Shown one piece after another: positions 48,534 through 58,695 of a DNA stretch of 64,000 nt. Numbering within the stretch: position 1 is the stretch's first letter; every line of letters begins with the position of its first letter. Where the stretch lies: assembly GCA_037143195.1 (NCBI GenBank), contig JBAWZD010000001.1, forward strand, positions 144,892 to 208,891, given 5' to 3'. The notes beneath the pieces were generated by a model. The model saw only the letters and a list, made by a program, of their open reading frames with translations, did not search any database and had not been told where the DNA came from. The DNA is from a bacterium. GTDB lineage: Bacteria; Patescibacteriota; Minisyncoccia; Phycocordibacterales; UBA9973. The position numbers and the translations under genes are program-made.

Positions 48534-49250
48534 ATGACTGAAATTATTCCTGCCGTTCTCGAAAAAAATTACACTGATGTTGTGAAGCGCCTCGATCAGG
48601 TAGCTGGTCTCGTGAAGACCGTACAGATTGATATTTGTGATGGAGTGTTCGTTCCAAGTGTGACATGGCCGTTCATCAGTCCTGCACAATACGACAAGAC
48701 CTTGAATCTCGATGCGGGATACCAGAAGATTGTTGCCGATGAGACAGAAATGCCACATTGGGAAGATTTTGATTTTGAACTTGATCTTATGGTTGCTGAT
48801 GCAAAAAAACTACTTCCAGATTTGATGACGCTTGGACCATCACGTGTACTTTTTCATGCGGAAGCGTTTACTGATCTCTACACGGAGATTGAAGAATGCT
48901 GCAAATTGATGCCGACGATCGTTGAGCCGGGGATTGCAATCAATGCCGATACAAATCCTGAGGTCTTGTTTGAGTTGCTTGATGCAGGACTCATCACGAG
49001 TGTGCAGTGTATGGGAATTGCGAAGATTGGATATCAAGGACAGCCGTTTGATGAGCGTGTGTTTGCAAACTTGCGCGCGCTCCGCGCACGCTATCCAAAT
49101 CTCCCACTCGGAGTCGACGGAGCAGTCACCCTCGAAACAGCCCCAAAGCTCGTCGAAGCCGGCGCTACGCGCCTCGCATCAGGCTCGGGCATATTTGCAG
49201 CCCCCGATATCACCAAAAGAATCAAAGAATTCGAATCTGTGCTAAAATAG
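48534..49250 (+). CDS. rpe: Ribulose-phosphate 3-epimerase-like TIM-barrel enzyme
   Basis: 'VQIDICDGVFVP' and the C-terminal 'GVDGAVTLETAPKLVEAGA'. Placed among pentose-phosphate genes. Confidence 0.7.
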   Translation: MTEIIPAVLEKNYTDVVKRLDQVAGLVKTVQIDICDGVFVPSVTWPFISPAQYDKTLNLDAGYQKIVADETEMPHWEDFDFELDLMVADAKKLLPDLMTLGPSRVLFHAEAFTDLYTEIEECCKLMPTIVEPGIAINADTNPEVLFELLDAGLITSVQCMGIAKIGYQGQPFDERVFANLRALRARYPNLPLGVDGAVTLETAPKLVEAGATRLASGSGIFAAPDITKRIKEFESVLK

Positions 49251-49256
49251 CTCCAT

Positions 49257-50105
49257 ATGCTTACTGATGAAAAAGTTCGGGAACTTACATTACAAGCTAA
49301 CCTTATCCGCCAGTCGACAATAGAGGAATTGCTCCTTGCAAAATCAGGACATTCCGCAGGTCCGCTCGGCATGACGGACATTTTTACGTATTTTTATTTC
49401 CACGCACTCCGCCACGACCCAAAGCGTCCAGATTGGGCAGAGCGTGATCGTTTTGTGCTTTCAAACGGACATATTTGTCCGGGGCTTTATGCCACACTCG
49501 CGCACGCGGGATATTTTCCGCTTGAGGAATTGAAGACGCTTCGCAAACTCGGTAGCCGTCTCCAAGGTCACCCACACCGTGAGTGGCTTTCGTGTGTTGA
49601 AACATCAAGTGGTCCACTTGGATCAGGACTTTCGCAGGCGGCAGGTATGGCGCTCTCAGACAAAATGGATTATGGCGCGACCGCCACTCGTCACATTTAC
49701 TGTTTCATTTCCGACGGAGAACTTCAGGAAGGAAATAGTTGGGAGGGCATCATGTTTGCTGGCAAATACAAGCTCAACAATCTCATCACTGTCATCGACT
49801 ACAACAATATTCAAATCGAAGGTCTTGTCTCTGATGTTATGCCACTTGAACCACTCGCAGACAAATGGAAGAGTTTCAACTGGCATGTAATTGAAGTTGA
49901 TGGTCACGATTTCCGCGCTATCGACGAAGCTGTCGAACAAGCAAAATCAATTTCTGCTCAGCCGACAGTCATCATTGCGCACACCATTCCAGGCAAAGGC
50001 GTCTCATACATGGAACGCAATTACAAATGGCATGGCAATCCACCAAATGCCGAACAAGCAGCACAAGCTATCGCCGAACTCAAAGAAGCAGCTTTAAAGA
50101 TATAA
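49257..50105 (+). CDS. Transketolase, N-terminal (TPP-binding) subunit
   Basis: 'SGHSAGPLGMTDIF' and 'GPLGSGLSQAAGMA'. A split two-gene transketolase. Confidence 0.9.
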   Translation: MLTDEKVRELTLQANLIRQSTIEELLLAKSGHSAGPLGMTDIFTYFYFHALRHDPKRPDWAERDRFVLSNGHICPGLYATLAHAGYFPLEELKTLRKLGSRLQGHPHREWLSCVETSSGPLGSGLSQAAGMALSDKMDYGATATRHIYCFISDGELQEGNSWEGIMFAGKYKLNNLITVIDYNNIQIEGLVSDVMPLEPLADKWKSFNWHVIEVDGHDFRAIDEAVEQAKSISAQPTVIIAHTIPGKGVSYMERNYKWHGNPPNAEQAAQAIAELKEAALKI

Positions 50106-50108
50106 TAT

Positions 50109-51107
50109 ATGTTGAATCCAAATCTAAAACTCAATCCAAAAATCTGGAACGACGATGTCGAAATGCTTCCAATCCGTCACGGATTTGGCGAAGGCTTGCT
50201 CAAGGCAGCAGAGACCGATGAGAGTATTGTTGGTATTTGTGCCGATCTTACCGAAAGTACAAAAATGAATCTCTTTGCGGACAAATTCCCAAAGCGTTTT
50301 GTGCAAGTTGGTGTTGCTGAGCAAAATCTTGTCACTGTTGCTTCAGGTATGGCTGCGATGGGCAAATTCCCATTCGTTTCGTCGTATGCAATGTTTAGTC
50401 CAGGACGAAACTGGGAGCAAATTCGCACAACGATTTGTTACAACGATGTACCTGTCGTCGTCGCGGGAAGCCACGCCGGAATTTCGGTCGGACCAGACGG
50501 CGGTACGCACCAAGCACTCGAAGATATTGCACTCATGCGCGTCCTCCCAAATATGATTGTGCTCACACCTTGTGATGCAATCGAGGCCCGCAAGGCAACA
50601 CTCGCGATAGCAAAACTCCGCAAGCCAGCATACATTCGTCTCGCTCGTGAAAAGAGTCCTGTCATCACGACAGAAGAAACTCCGTTTGAGATAGGGAAGG
50701 CACAAGTATTGTTTGAGACTGATGGTCTCGCACACGTCGGTGTCATTGCTTGTGGCGCACTCGTGCACGGCGCAATGCGTGCTGCGCAAAAACTCGAGAA
50801 AGAGGGAATTCGTGTGAAGGTCATGAATATCGGCACCATCAAACCGCTCGATGTGAATGCAATTGTCGCACTCGCAAAAGAAACAAAATCACTCGTGACT
50901 GTCGAAGAACACCAAATCGCCGGAGGTCTCGGAAGTGCTGTTGCAGAATGTCTTGCAAGTACTGTCCCAACTCCAATGGAATTCGTCGGTATGAAAGACA
51001 AATACGGAGAATCAGGTTCACCCGCAGAACTCGTTGAACATTTCGGTATGGGCACGACAGCTATCATCGAAGCGATTCGCCGTGCAGTCGACCGAAAACA
51101 AAAATAA
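50109..51107 (+). CDS. Transketolase, C-terminal (pyrimidine-binding) subunit
   Basis: Pyr-binding domain and C-terminal domain, adjacent to the N-terminal subunit. Confidence 0.9.
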   Translation: MLNPNLKLNPKIWNDDVEMLPIRHGFGEGLLKAAETDESIVGICADLTESTKMNLFADKFPKRFVQVGVAEQNLVTVASGMAAMGKFPFVSSYAMFSPGRNWEQIRTTICYNDVPVVVAGSHAGISVGPDGGTHQALEDIALMRVLPNMIVLTPCDAIEARKATLAIAKLRKPAYIRLAREKSPVITTEETPFEIGKAQVLFETDGLAHVGVIACGALVHGAMRAAQKLEKEGIRVKVMNIGTIKPLDVNAIVALAKETKSLVTVEEHQIAGGLGSAVAECLASTVPTPMEFVGMKDKYGESGSPAELVEHFGMGTTAIIEAIRRAVDRKQK

Positions 51108-51124
51108 TTTTTTGTGTCACAGTA

Positions 51125-51150
51125 AAAAAGCCCCACATGTGGGGCTTTTT
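51125..51150 (+). terminator. Bidirectional terminator, a perfect palindrome aaaaagccccacatgtggggcttttt
   Basis: It lies between convergent tkt and kinase genes. Confidence 0.8.
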
Positions 51151-51153
51151 CGT

Positions 51154-52143
51154 TTAGATCTGCGTTGGTTTGTAATCGCTTGGAGCCTTGGCGAGATACT
51201 CTTCGATTTGTGCGACAGTAAGGAGTCCTTTTTGTGCGCCGACGTGTTCTGTGACTGACATTGAATTGATTGGTGCCCAGAGGAGTGCCTCTTGGACAGA
51301 TTTGCCCATCGAAAGTGCGACGGTGAATGTTGAGGAGAATGCATCACCAGCGCCCGTGCGCTCAAGTGGGGTGTTTGGATAGATTGGCATAAACCAGCTT
51401 GTGCCGTCTTCTTCGCGTGCGTATGCGCCACGAATACCGTCAGTGACGACCACTATCTTTGGTCCGAGTGCGTGAATCGCGTCCATCAATTTTTTCGCAT
51501 CTTTTTCAACGACGTTGAGAATGCGTTGCGCTTCTTCCATGTTGCAGAAAAATGCATCAGCACGCTGGTAGACGGCTTTCAATTTTTCTGTGCCGAGCTT
51601 CATCTGAAATGTTCCAGGTTGAAAGGCGAGTTTGGTCGTTGGGTTCTGCTCGAGCCATGAAATGATCTCTTGGTGGAATGGTTCGGTGTTTGAGCCGAGC
51701 GACGTGAGATAAATCCATTTTGGAGCAACAAGATTTGGAGGAAGCGTGCGAGTGTACTGTACGTGCTTGATGAGAATCGTGCGCTCGGGAACATACCAAA
51801 GGACATAGTGGTAGTTTGTCGGTGCGACGAGGTCGGTGCCGACATATTCTGTGGCGACGTTGTTTCCGGCGAGTGCTTCAAGACACTTTTTGCCGAGGTC
51901 GTCATTGCCGACCATGGCGGAGAGCGCCGAGGCGTAGCCGAGGCGCGCTGCAGCGACGGCCGCGTTTGGTCCATTGCCCACTCCATACACAACTTCACTT
52001 GATTCAAAGGGGACTTTGTCGGCAAAACGAAGGCACAATTTGTAATCTTTAGTATCAGGTTCACCGACGACGTCTGCGTCAGTAATGCGGATAAAGTTGT
52101 CGGCTACAGCATCGCCAATTGAGAGGAAATCATAAGTATTCAT
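51154..52143 (-). CDS. PfkB-family carbohydrate kinase (ribokinase-like)
   Basis: 'GAGDAF' anion-hole motif and an N-terminal GG motif region. Confidence 0.8.
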   Translation of the reverse strand: MNTYDFLSIGDAVADNFIRITDADVVGEPDTKDYKLCLRFADKVPFESSEVVYGVGNGPNAAVAAARLGYASALSAMVGNDDLGKKCLEALAGNNVATEYVGTDLVAPTNYHYVLWYVPERTILIKHVQYTRTLPPNLVAPKWIYLTSLGSNTEPFHQEIISWLEQNPTTKLAFQPGTFQMKLGTEKLKAVYQRADAFFCNMEEAQRILNVVEKDAKKLMDAIHALGPKIVVVTDGIRGAYAREEDGTSWFMPIYPNTPLERTGAGDAFSSTFTVALSMGKSVQEALLWAPINSMSVTEHVGAQKGLLTVAQIEEYLAKAPSDYKPTQI

Positions 52144-52196
52144 ACGCCAATTCTAGCATAGCAATCGCATTGTTGGTACAATGCGTTTACCAACCT

Positions 52197-53903
52197 ATGA
52201 AAGACAAAATCAAAGCATTTTTTAAAGGAGACCTCGATGATTCTCCAGAGACAATTACTAAGTACAGTCATGATGCGAGTTTGTTTGAAATGAAGCCCGA
52301 GCTCGTTGCATATCCGAAAGATAGCGACGATGTTGCCTCGCTCGTGCGTTTCGCTTCCGAACAAAAAAAACTCGGCGCGCACATTTCCGTCACTCCACGT
52401 TCAGCCGGCACCTGTATGGCCGGAGGTTCGTTGACTGACTCAATCAGTCTCGATGGCATGCGCTATCTCAATCAGATCCGTGAGGTGAAGCCTGTTGCAG
52501 ACTATTCATACTTGCCACATTTTTATGGAGCACAGCCTGTCACTATTTCAGGTGAAGCACGACTTCAGACTGGAATTTTTTATCGTGATCTTGAAGCAGA
52601 AGTAACAAAACAAAATTTGCTTCTCCCATGCTTCACCGCGTCCAAAGGTATCAATGCGATCGGAGGCATGATTGGAAACAATTCTGGCGGTGAACTTTCA
52701 CTCAAATACGGCAAGATGCAAGATTATGTGAAAGGTGTAGAAGTCGTGCTTGCCGATGGGTCCAAAGAGACGTTTGGTGAACTCACACGCGCCGAAGCTG
52801 AAGCAAAAGCACAGCAAGATACATTTGCAGGGCACATCTATCGCGACATGCTCGCACTCATCGATGCAAATCGTCCACTCATCGAATCAAAGATGCCCCA
52901 TGTTTCCAAAAATTCCGCTGGGTATAATATTTGGAATGTCTCACGCAAAGATGCACAAGGCAATGAAATCATTGATATGAGTCAGCTCATTGTTGGTGCT
53001 GAAGGCACGCTCGGTGTTGCGACAGATGTCACACTTCGTCTCGTCAAAATCAAAAAAGATTCTGCGCTCCTCGTACTTTTCCTCACGGACCTCACTGAGC
53101 TCGCCGATATCGTCGTTGAGTCGCTCAAAGTTTCTCCCGAGACGCTTGAGGCATACGACGACAAGACGATCATGCTCGCCGTGCGTTTCTGGGCAGGCTT
53201 CATCAAGAAGCTCGGCTTCTTTGGTGCAATCAAACTTGGTCTCCAATTTATTCCTGAATTCAAAATGATGCTCGGAGGAATGCCGAAACTCGTGCTCCTT
53301 GTCGAGTGTGCTGGCGATGACAAGACTGAAGTACTCACACGAATCGACACACTCAAGAAAAATCTCGCTCGATTTAAAAATCTCAAAACTCGCGTCGTTG
53401 AGAATCGTGCCGCCGCAGAAAAATATTGGACGATTCGCCGAGATAGTTTTGCGCTCTTGCGAGAACATTTCCAAGGCAAGCGCACTGCACCATTTATCGA
53501 TGACGTCATCGTCCCACCAGCTCGACTTCCAGAATTCATCCCAGCGATTCATGCAATCCTTGAGAAGCACAATCTCACGTACAACATTCACGGGCACGCT
53601 GGAAATGGCAATTTCCATTTGATTCCACTCATCGATAGCGACGCACGTCTCGCCGAAAAAATGATTCTTGATGTATCTGAAGAAGTGTACGCCCTCGTGC
53701 TCAAAATGGGAGGTTCAATTACAGCCGAACATAACGACGGTATCATCCGTACACCGTATTTGCTCGACATGTTTGGCCCCGAGATGACAAATATTTTCGC
53801 TCAAATCAAAAAAATATTTGACCCAGAAACGATTTTTAACCCTGGTAAAAAAGTCGGACTTACCAAGGCAGATATTGGAAAGTTTTTGATTTCCGGCAAG
53901 TAG
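52197..53903 (+). CDS. FAD-linked oxidase (GlcD/D-lactate dehydrogenase family)
   Basis: FAD-binding PCMH domain ('PRSAGTCMAGGS') and a C-terminal oxidase domain. The start is taken at MKDKIKAFF (52197). Confidence 0.75.
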   Translation: MKDKIKAFFKGDLDDSPETITKYSHDASLFEMKPELVAYPKDSDDVASLVRFASEQKKLGAHISVTPRSAGTCMAGGSLTDSISLDGMRYLNQIREVKPVADYSYLPHFYGAQPVTISGEARLQTGIFYRDLEAEVTKQNLLLPCFTASKGINAIGGMIGNNSGGELSLKYGKMQDYVKGVEVVLADGSKETFGELTRAEAEAKAQQDTFAGHIYRDMLALIDANRPLIESKMPHVSKNSAGYNIWNVSRKDAQGNEIIDMSQLIVGAEGTLGVATDVTLRLVKIKKDSALLVLFLTDLTELADIVVESLKVSPETLEAYDDKTIMLAVRFWAGFIKKLGFFGAIKLGLQFIPEFKMMLGGMPKLVLLVECAGDDKTEVLTRIDTLKKNLARFKNLKTRVVENRAAAEKYWTIRRDSFALLREHFQGKRTAPFIDDVIVPPARLPEFIPAIHAILEKHNLTYNIHGHAGNGNFHLIPLIDSDARLAEKMILDVSEEVYALVLKMGGSITAEHNDGIIRTPYLLDMFGPEMTNIFAQIKKIFDPETIFNPGKKVGLTKADIGKFLISGK

Positions 53904-53925
53904 TGGGGTATACTCTGTAGCACAT

Positions 53926-54834
53926 ATGACAGACCGAATGCTCTTCTGTGGAAGCCACGACCACGCCCTTGGCGAAAAAGTGGCAGCTATTATTGGGTGC
54001 GAAATCGGCCGACTCGAGATTACTTCATTTGCAGACACCGAACAGCGTGTTCGTGTGCTTGATGATGTGGGTGACAAAGTAGTGTTTGTGCTCATGTCTA
54101 TCGCAACACCTGTCGACAGTCGTCTCGTTGAGCTCTGTCTCATCGCTGACGCACTCAAGGGTGCCGATGCCAAGAAGATCATTGCCGTGCTTCCATACCT
54201 CGGCTACATGCGTCAAGACAAGGCTCATCGCGAAGGCGAAGCTGTTTCTGCTCGCGTAATTGCACGCATGATTGAAAGTGCTGGATACGACAAAGTCATC
54301 ACGATCGATCTTCACAGTGATGCGTCTGCTGGATTCTTCAATATCCCAGTCAATCACTTGTTCTCATTCTCTATTTTTGCTGATGTGCTCAAAAACGAAA
54401 ACAAAGATCCCGTTATCGTCGCTCCAGACGCTGGTGCTGCCAAGCGTGCACAGCGTTTCGCTTCAATCCTCGGTGCTCCAATGATTCTCCTCGAAAAGAA
54501 ACGCGATCTCTCAAAGATGCACACCATCGAAAGTATGCGTCTCATCGGTAGTTCAGAAGGCAAGGAGGCTGTCCTCATCGACGACCTCGTCACTTCTGGT
54601 CAAACACTCGCAAAGGCGGCAACTGCGCTCAAAGAAGAAGGTGCTCCACGAGTCATCGCCTGTGTGACACACCCAGTATTCATCGACCGTACGAAGGAGA
54701 TTCTCTCAAGTACTGCGCTTGATGCTGTATATGTTACCGATACGATTCCACTCCCAGAAGAGTACAAATTCCCAAATCTCCACATCGTTTCTGTTGCACC
54801 ACTCCTCGCAGAAGCTATTCAAAAGACTCGTTAG
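53926..54834 (+). CDS. prs: Ribose-phosphate pyrophosphokinase
   Basis: 'LIDDLVTSGQTL' PRPP-binding motif and an N-terminal Prs domain. Confidence 0.9.
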   Translation: MTDRMLFCGSHDHALGEKVAAIIGCEIGRLEITSFADTEQRVRVLDDVGDKVVFVLMSIATPVDSRLVELCLIADALKGADAKKIIAVLPYLGYMRQDKAHREGEAVSARVIARMIESAGYDKVITIDLHSDASAGFFNIPVNHLFSFSIFADVLKNENKDPVIVAPDAGAAKRAQRFASILGAPMILLEKKRDLSKMHTIESMRLIGSSEGKEAVLIDDLVTSGQTLAKAATALKEEGAPRVIACVTHPVFIDRTKEILSSTALDAVYVTDTIPLPEEYKFPNLHIVSVAPLLAEAIQKTR

Positions 54835-54903
54835 TTTTGTGCATGGGGAAAATAACCTTACGGCATCTTGCCTTAAGGTTATTTTTATGTATAATAGGGT
54901 CCT

Positions 54904-55545
54904 ATGTCACTTAGTCTGAAAGCAACAACCCGCGACGCGGGCAAAAATCTTACCAATATCCGCGCTGAGGGCTCGGTACCTGCTGTCGTATACGGCGCTG
55001 GTCGCGAAACCCTCTCAATCGCAGTTTCACTCCGCGATTTTATGAAAGTTCACAAGGAGGCTGGTGAATCTGGCACAGTCGAACTCGAACTTCCTACAGG
55101 AAAAGTCACTGTCCTCATTCACGAGGTCACTGCTGATCCAGTCAAGGATTTCCCACAGCACGTAGACTTCCTCGCGATCGACGTTACAAAGCCAATCACT
55201 GTCTCTGTACCACTCGAATTCGTTGGAACATCACCTGCAGTCAAGGGCTCACTCGGAACGCTCGTCAAACAGCTTCACGAAATCGAAGTGACTGGTCTTG
55301 CAAAAGACATCCCACATTCAGTTGAGGTTGATATCTCATCACTCGATGTTCTTGATAGTCATGTTTCAGTTGGCGACCTCAAGCTTCCATCTGGAGTAAA
55401 GGCAAACGCAAAAGCTACTGATATCGTTGTTTCTATCGCAGCAGTTAAAGAAGAAAAAGACGAAGTTGCTACACCAATCGACTTCAGTCAAATCGAAGTG
55501 GAGAAGAAAGGAAAGAAAGAGGAAGAAGGAGCAGAAGCTGCTTAA
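54904..55545 (+). CDS. rplY: 50S ribosomal protein L25 / general stress protein Ctc
   Basis: The L25 beta-barrel N-terminus 'RAEGSVPAVVYG' with a Ctc-type extension and an acidic tail. Confidence 0.85.
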   Translation: MSLSLKATTRDAGKNLTNIRAEGSVPAVVYGAGRETLSIAVSLRDFMKVHKEAGESGTVELELPTGKVTVLIHEVTADPVKDFPQHVDFLAIDVTKPITVSVPLEFVGTSPAVKGSLGTLVKQLHEIEVTGLAKDIPHSVEVDISSLDVLDSHVSVGDLKLPSGVKANAKATDIVVSIAAVKEEKDEVATPIDFSQIEVEKKGKKEEEGAEAA

Positions 55546-55565
55546 TACTCAATCATTCGGTTTTC

Positions 55566-55602
55566 AAAATACGGGGCGCGCCAATGGCGCGCCCCGTATT
55601 TT
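55566..55602 (+). terminator. Intrinsic terminator with a 17-bp perfect stem
   Basis: aaaatacggggcgcgcc-aat-ggcgcgccccgtatttt followed by cttg. Confidence 0.8.
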
Positions 55603-55633
55603 CTTGCCCAAATCATGCTATACTAAAAGACCT

Positions 55634-57070
55634 ATGCGAAAGGGCCATTTTATTGCACGCAGTACACCGATTTTCCTTCTGCTCTCCCTCATAGCTGTCA
55701 CATTCTCACCATTTTTTGATGGTGTGGCTGTCGCCGACACCGATCCTGCGGTAACTGAATGTCAAAACTATCTTTCAAATGTATCTGCCTCAGAACTTTC
55801 AAATCCTGCAAGCAAGGGCGCTCAGTGTAAGAGTCTTATCGGCCTCTACGCCGAGCTTGCACAGCAACAAGCAAATCTCGCAAATCAAAAAAGTGTCTCT
55901 GGAACATTGTCTGGAGATATCAAGACAGTAACCGCACAAATCAACGCTAAAAAGACAGAAATTAAAACAAAAGTTGCACACATCGCAGTACTCACAAATT
56001 CGATCGGAGAAAAGAAAGTTGCGATTCAATCACTTGCGGACAAGATTCAAAACCAAAAGGATTCACTTGCGCAGCTTCTTCGAAAGACAAATGAAATGGA
56101 TCGAAATACGGTCACGGATTTTCTCCTTTCCTCGAGTACATTGTCTGATTTTTCTTCTGACGTCAGTCGTTTTGATACGTTGAAAGTGCAAGTTAGAGCG
56201 TCTGTTGATACGATCAAAACAATCAAAGGAGTTACAGAGCAAAAGAAGGCCGAACTTGAAAAAGAACAAAATCTTACCATCGATGAGAAGCAGGCGCTTG
56301 TACAGACGCAGAATAATTTGGCGGTTAAGCAATCAGCCCAAAAAACCTTGCTTGGAATCAGTAAAGACAAAGAGGTGCAATATCAAAAATTGATTGCTGA
56401 CCAACAAGCAAAAGTAGCTACGATCAAGGCAAAACTCTTCCAGCTTGCCGGAGGTTCGCAAGCAATTCGATTTGATGTAGCGCTTCAGTATGCCAACCAA
56501 GCTGCTTCATCAACTGGAATTGATCCCGCATTCTTGCTTGCCGAACTTACCCAAGAATCGAACCTTGGTGCAAACGTCGGTAAATGTTATTTGACCGATA
56601 CTTCGTCAGGAGCAGGTGTGGGCGTGAATTCCGGAAAAGTATTCACGAACGTTATGAAAGCCTCACGTGATGTTGGGCCGTTCTTGGATATCACGTCACG
56701 TCTCGGATATGACCCTATGAAAACTGTCGTCTCATGTCCAATCGCTGGAGTTGCTGGTTACGGTGGGGCAATGGGTCCAGCTCAGTTCATTCCTTCAACA
56801 TGGAAGATTTTTGAAAAACGATTAATCAGCGCTCTTGGCAAGCAAACTCCAAACCCATGGATGGCGCAAGACGCCTTTATGGCCGCATCAATGTATCTCA
56901 CAGACCTCGGGGGAGTCGGTAGCAGTGCAAGTGCCCAACTTCGTGCATCGTGCAAATACTATGGCTCAGGAGGCTCAACATGCTCGTATGGAAGGAATGT
57001 TCAGTCGCTCAAATTGAGTATCCAGAGTGATATCGATTACCTGAACCAATACGGTGTTTCAAGGCGATAA
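55634..57070 (+). CDS. Secreted coiled-coil protein with a C-terminal lysozyme-like / lytic-transglycosylase (SLT-like) domain
   Basis: Signal peptide, a coiled-coil of about 250 aa, then 'ELTQESNLG...GAMGPAQFIPSTW...MYL'. The start is ATG 55634, 9 nt after TGcTATACT. Confidence 0.6.
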   Translation: MRKGHFIARSTPIFLLLSLIAVTFSPFFDGVAVADTDPAVTECQNYLSNVSASELSNPASKGAQCKSLIGLYAELAQQQANLANQKSVSGTLSGDIKTVTAQINAKKTEIKTKVAHIAVLTNSIGEKKVAIQSLADKIQNQKDSLAQLLRKTNEMDRNTVTDFLLSSSTLSDFSSDVSRFDTLKVQVRASVDTIKTIKGVTEQKKAELEKEQNLTIDEKQALVQTQNNLAVKQSAQKTLLGISKDKEVQYQKLIADQQAKVATIKAKLFQLAGGSQAIRFDVALQYANQAASSTGIDPAFLLAELTQESNLGANVGKCYLTDTSSGAGVGVNSGKVFTNVMKASRDVGPFLDITSRLGYDPMKTVVSCPIAGVAGYGGAMGPAQFIPSTWKIFEKRLISALGKQTPNPWMAQDAFMAASMYLTDLGGVGSSASAQLRASCKYYGSGGSTCSYGRNVQSLKLSIQSDIDYLNQYGVSRR

Positions 57071-57115
57071 TCGACAATTTGCCAAAATAAATGAATCGTG
57101 CTAATCTGTCTACCT

Positions 57116-57340
57116 ATGCAGAAAAATATTCACCCAACATACCACGCAACATCAAAGGCCGTTTGTGTCTGTGGAGCAACATACGTTGTAGGATCTACAA
57201 AGGATACTCTCAACGTTGAAATCTGTTCCGCTTGCCATCCGTTTTATACTGGTAAGGAAAACATTCTCGACACAGCAGGACGTCTTGATCGTTTCAACAA
57301 GCGTCGCGCCCTCGCTTCTTCAAAAAAGAAGGCTGCGTAG
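57116..57340 (+). CDS. rpmE: 50S ribosomal protein L31
   Basis: '[10 protein letters not shown]...CVCG...[11 protein letters not shown]'. The start is 57116. Confidence 0.9.
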   Translation: MQKNIHPTYHATSKAVCVCGATYVVGSTKDTLNVEICSACHPFYTGKENILDTAGRLDRFNKRRALASSKKKAA

Positions 57341-57348
57341 CTACTCGA

Positions 57349-57387
57349 AAAAGTGCGCGGTCGCCCTTCGGGCGACCGCGCACTTTT
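57349..57387 (+). terminator. Intrinsic terminator with an 18-bp perfect stem and a TTCG loop
   Basis: aaaagtgcgcggtcgccc-ttcg-gggcgaccgcgcactttt followed by ctttcc. Confidence 0.8.
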
Positions 57388-57429
57388 CTTTCCATTGGAA
57401 CATTTCACAAACAAAAGTATACTAATCCT

Positions 57430-58416
57430 ATGAACCTCATCGACAGACTCCCCGAACTCAAAAAAGATCACAAGACCTCGTACCTCGCCGAACAGTACGA
57501 GAAGCTTTTGCGTGAGGAAGAACAGGTACGTGAGATGCTTACCGGAGATGGTGAATTGCACGATATGGCAGTCAAAGAACTCGAAATCGTAGAGGAACAA
57601 AAGCATGGTATCGAAGCACAGATCAAGGCAATTGAAGATTCAGAAAAGGAAGAAGAGCAATTTCCAAATGAAATCGTGCTTGAAATTCGTGCAGGTGCAG
57701 GGGGAGACGAAGCAAGTCTTTTTGCAGCAGAACTCGCAGGAGCATATCAGGGATATGCAGAAATGATGCACTGGAGCTGGAAGAAGCTCGAAGCATCAAG
57801 TTCAGAAGTTGGAGGATATCGCGAAGCGTCGTTCGAGGTTCGTGGCAAGGACGTTTACAAGAAGCTCCGCTTCGAAACAGGCACTCACCGCGTCCAGCGC
57901 ATTCCAGATACCGAAAAGAACGGCCGTATTCACACCTCGACTATAACAGTCGCCGTCCTTGCCATCCGCAAAAAAGTAAAATTCGAAATCAACCCTGGGG
58001 ACCTCGACATGGAATATTCTCGCGCGGGAGGAAAGGGAGGACAGAACGTCAACAAAGTTGAGACGGCTGTTCGTCTCATTCACAAACCTACCGGTCTCGA
58101 TGTTCGTTGTACAAGTGAGCGCAGTCAGCTCGCCAACCGTGAGCGTGCAATGGAAATTCTCACGGCCAAAATCCAAATGCTCAAAGAACAAGAAGAGCAC
58201 GCCAAGTATTCTGCCGAGCGCAAAAACCAAGTCGGTACCGCCGATCGCTCAGAAAAAATCCGCACCTACAACTATCCACAAGACCGCATCACCGACCACC
58301 GCATCAAGCAATCATGGTCCAACATCCCTGGCATCATGGAAGGCAAACTCGACAAGATAATCAATGCACTTGAAGAAGGCAAAGAAGGCGACGCTTCTGA
58401 ATCGGAAGAAGAGTAA
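57430..58416 (+). CDS. prfA: Peptide chain release factor 1
   Basis: GGQ motif '[18 protein letters not shown]'. The RF1-type tripeptide region reads '[17 protein letters not shown]' (PDT). The ORF is uninterrupted, so there is no RF2-type frameshift. Confidence 0.85.
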   Translation: MNLIDRLPELKKDHKTSYLAEQYEKLLREEEQVREMLTGDGELHDMAVKELEIVEEQKHGIEAQIKAIEDSEKEEEQFPNEIVLEIRAGAGGDEASLFAAELAGAYQGYAEMMHWSWKKLEASSSEVGGYREASFEVRGKDVYKKLRFETGTHRVQRIPDTEKNGRIHTSTITVAVLAIRKKVKFEINPGDLDMEYSRAGGKGGQNVNKVETAVRLIHKPTGLDVRCTSERSQLANRERAMEILTAKIQMLKEQEEHAKYSAERKNQVGTADRSEKIRTYNYPQDRITDHRIKQSWSNIPGIMEGKLDKIINALEEGKEGDASESEEE

Positions 58417-58530
58417 CGAGTAAAATTTTCGTGTTTGAACAGGCCTTTCGCAGGCGCTTGGCGCCGAGAAGCCCGCGCGCGAGCACGCGCGACGAGTTGC
58501 CTGGCAAACACGAAAATTTTTTCTCGTTAC
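58413..58530 (+). repeat. 118-nt structured element directly 3' of prfA. A 24-bp outer stem (16 bp perfect, 8 bp extension) encloses a GC-rich multi-helix core.
   Basis: aaaattttcgtgtttg (58422-58437) pairs with caaacacgaaaatttt (58505-58520). gtaacgag (58413-58420, containing the prfA stop) pairs with ctcgttac (58523-58530). The core holds ggcgc-ttg-gcgcc and cgcgcg helices. Confidence 0.55.
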
Positions 58531-58695
58531 TTTGCTTGTGTTTTGTATTCGTGGTACTCTATATGAAGTAGTATTGTTTCTCATGTGCGCCTTGTTACGC
58601 AGGGAGTGTACGGTGAACGCTCTACTTGAAGACCATCGAGGTTTTCATTTATAAAGTTTCGCGCGTGCGACGCATGTTTCGCACAGTACAATAGT

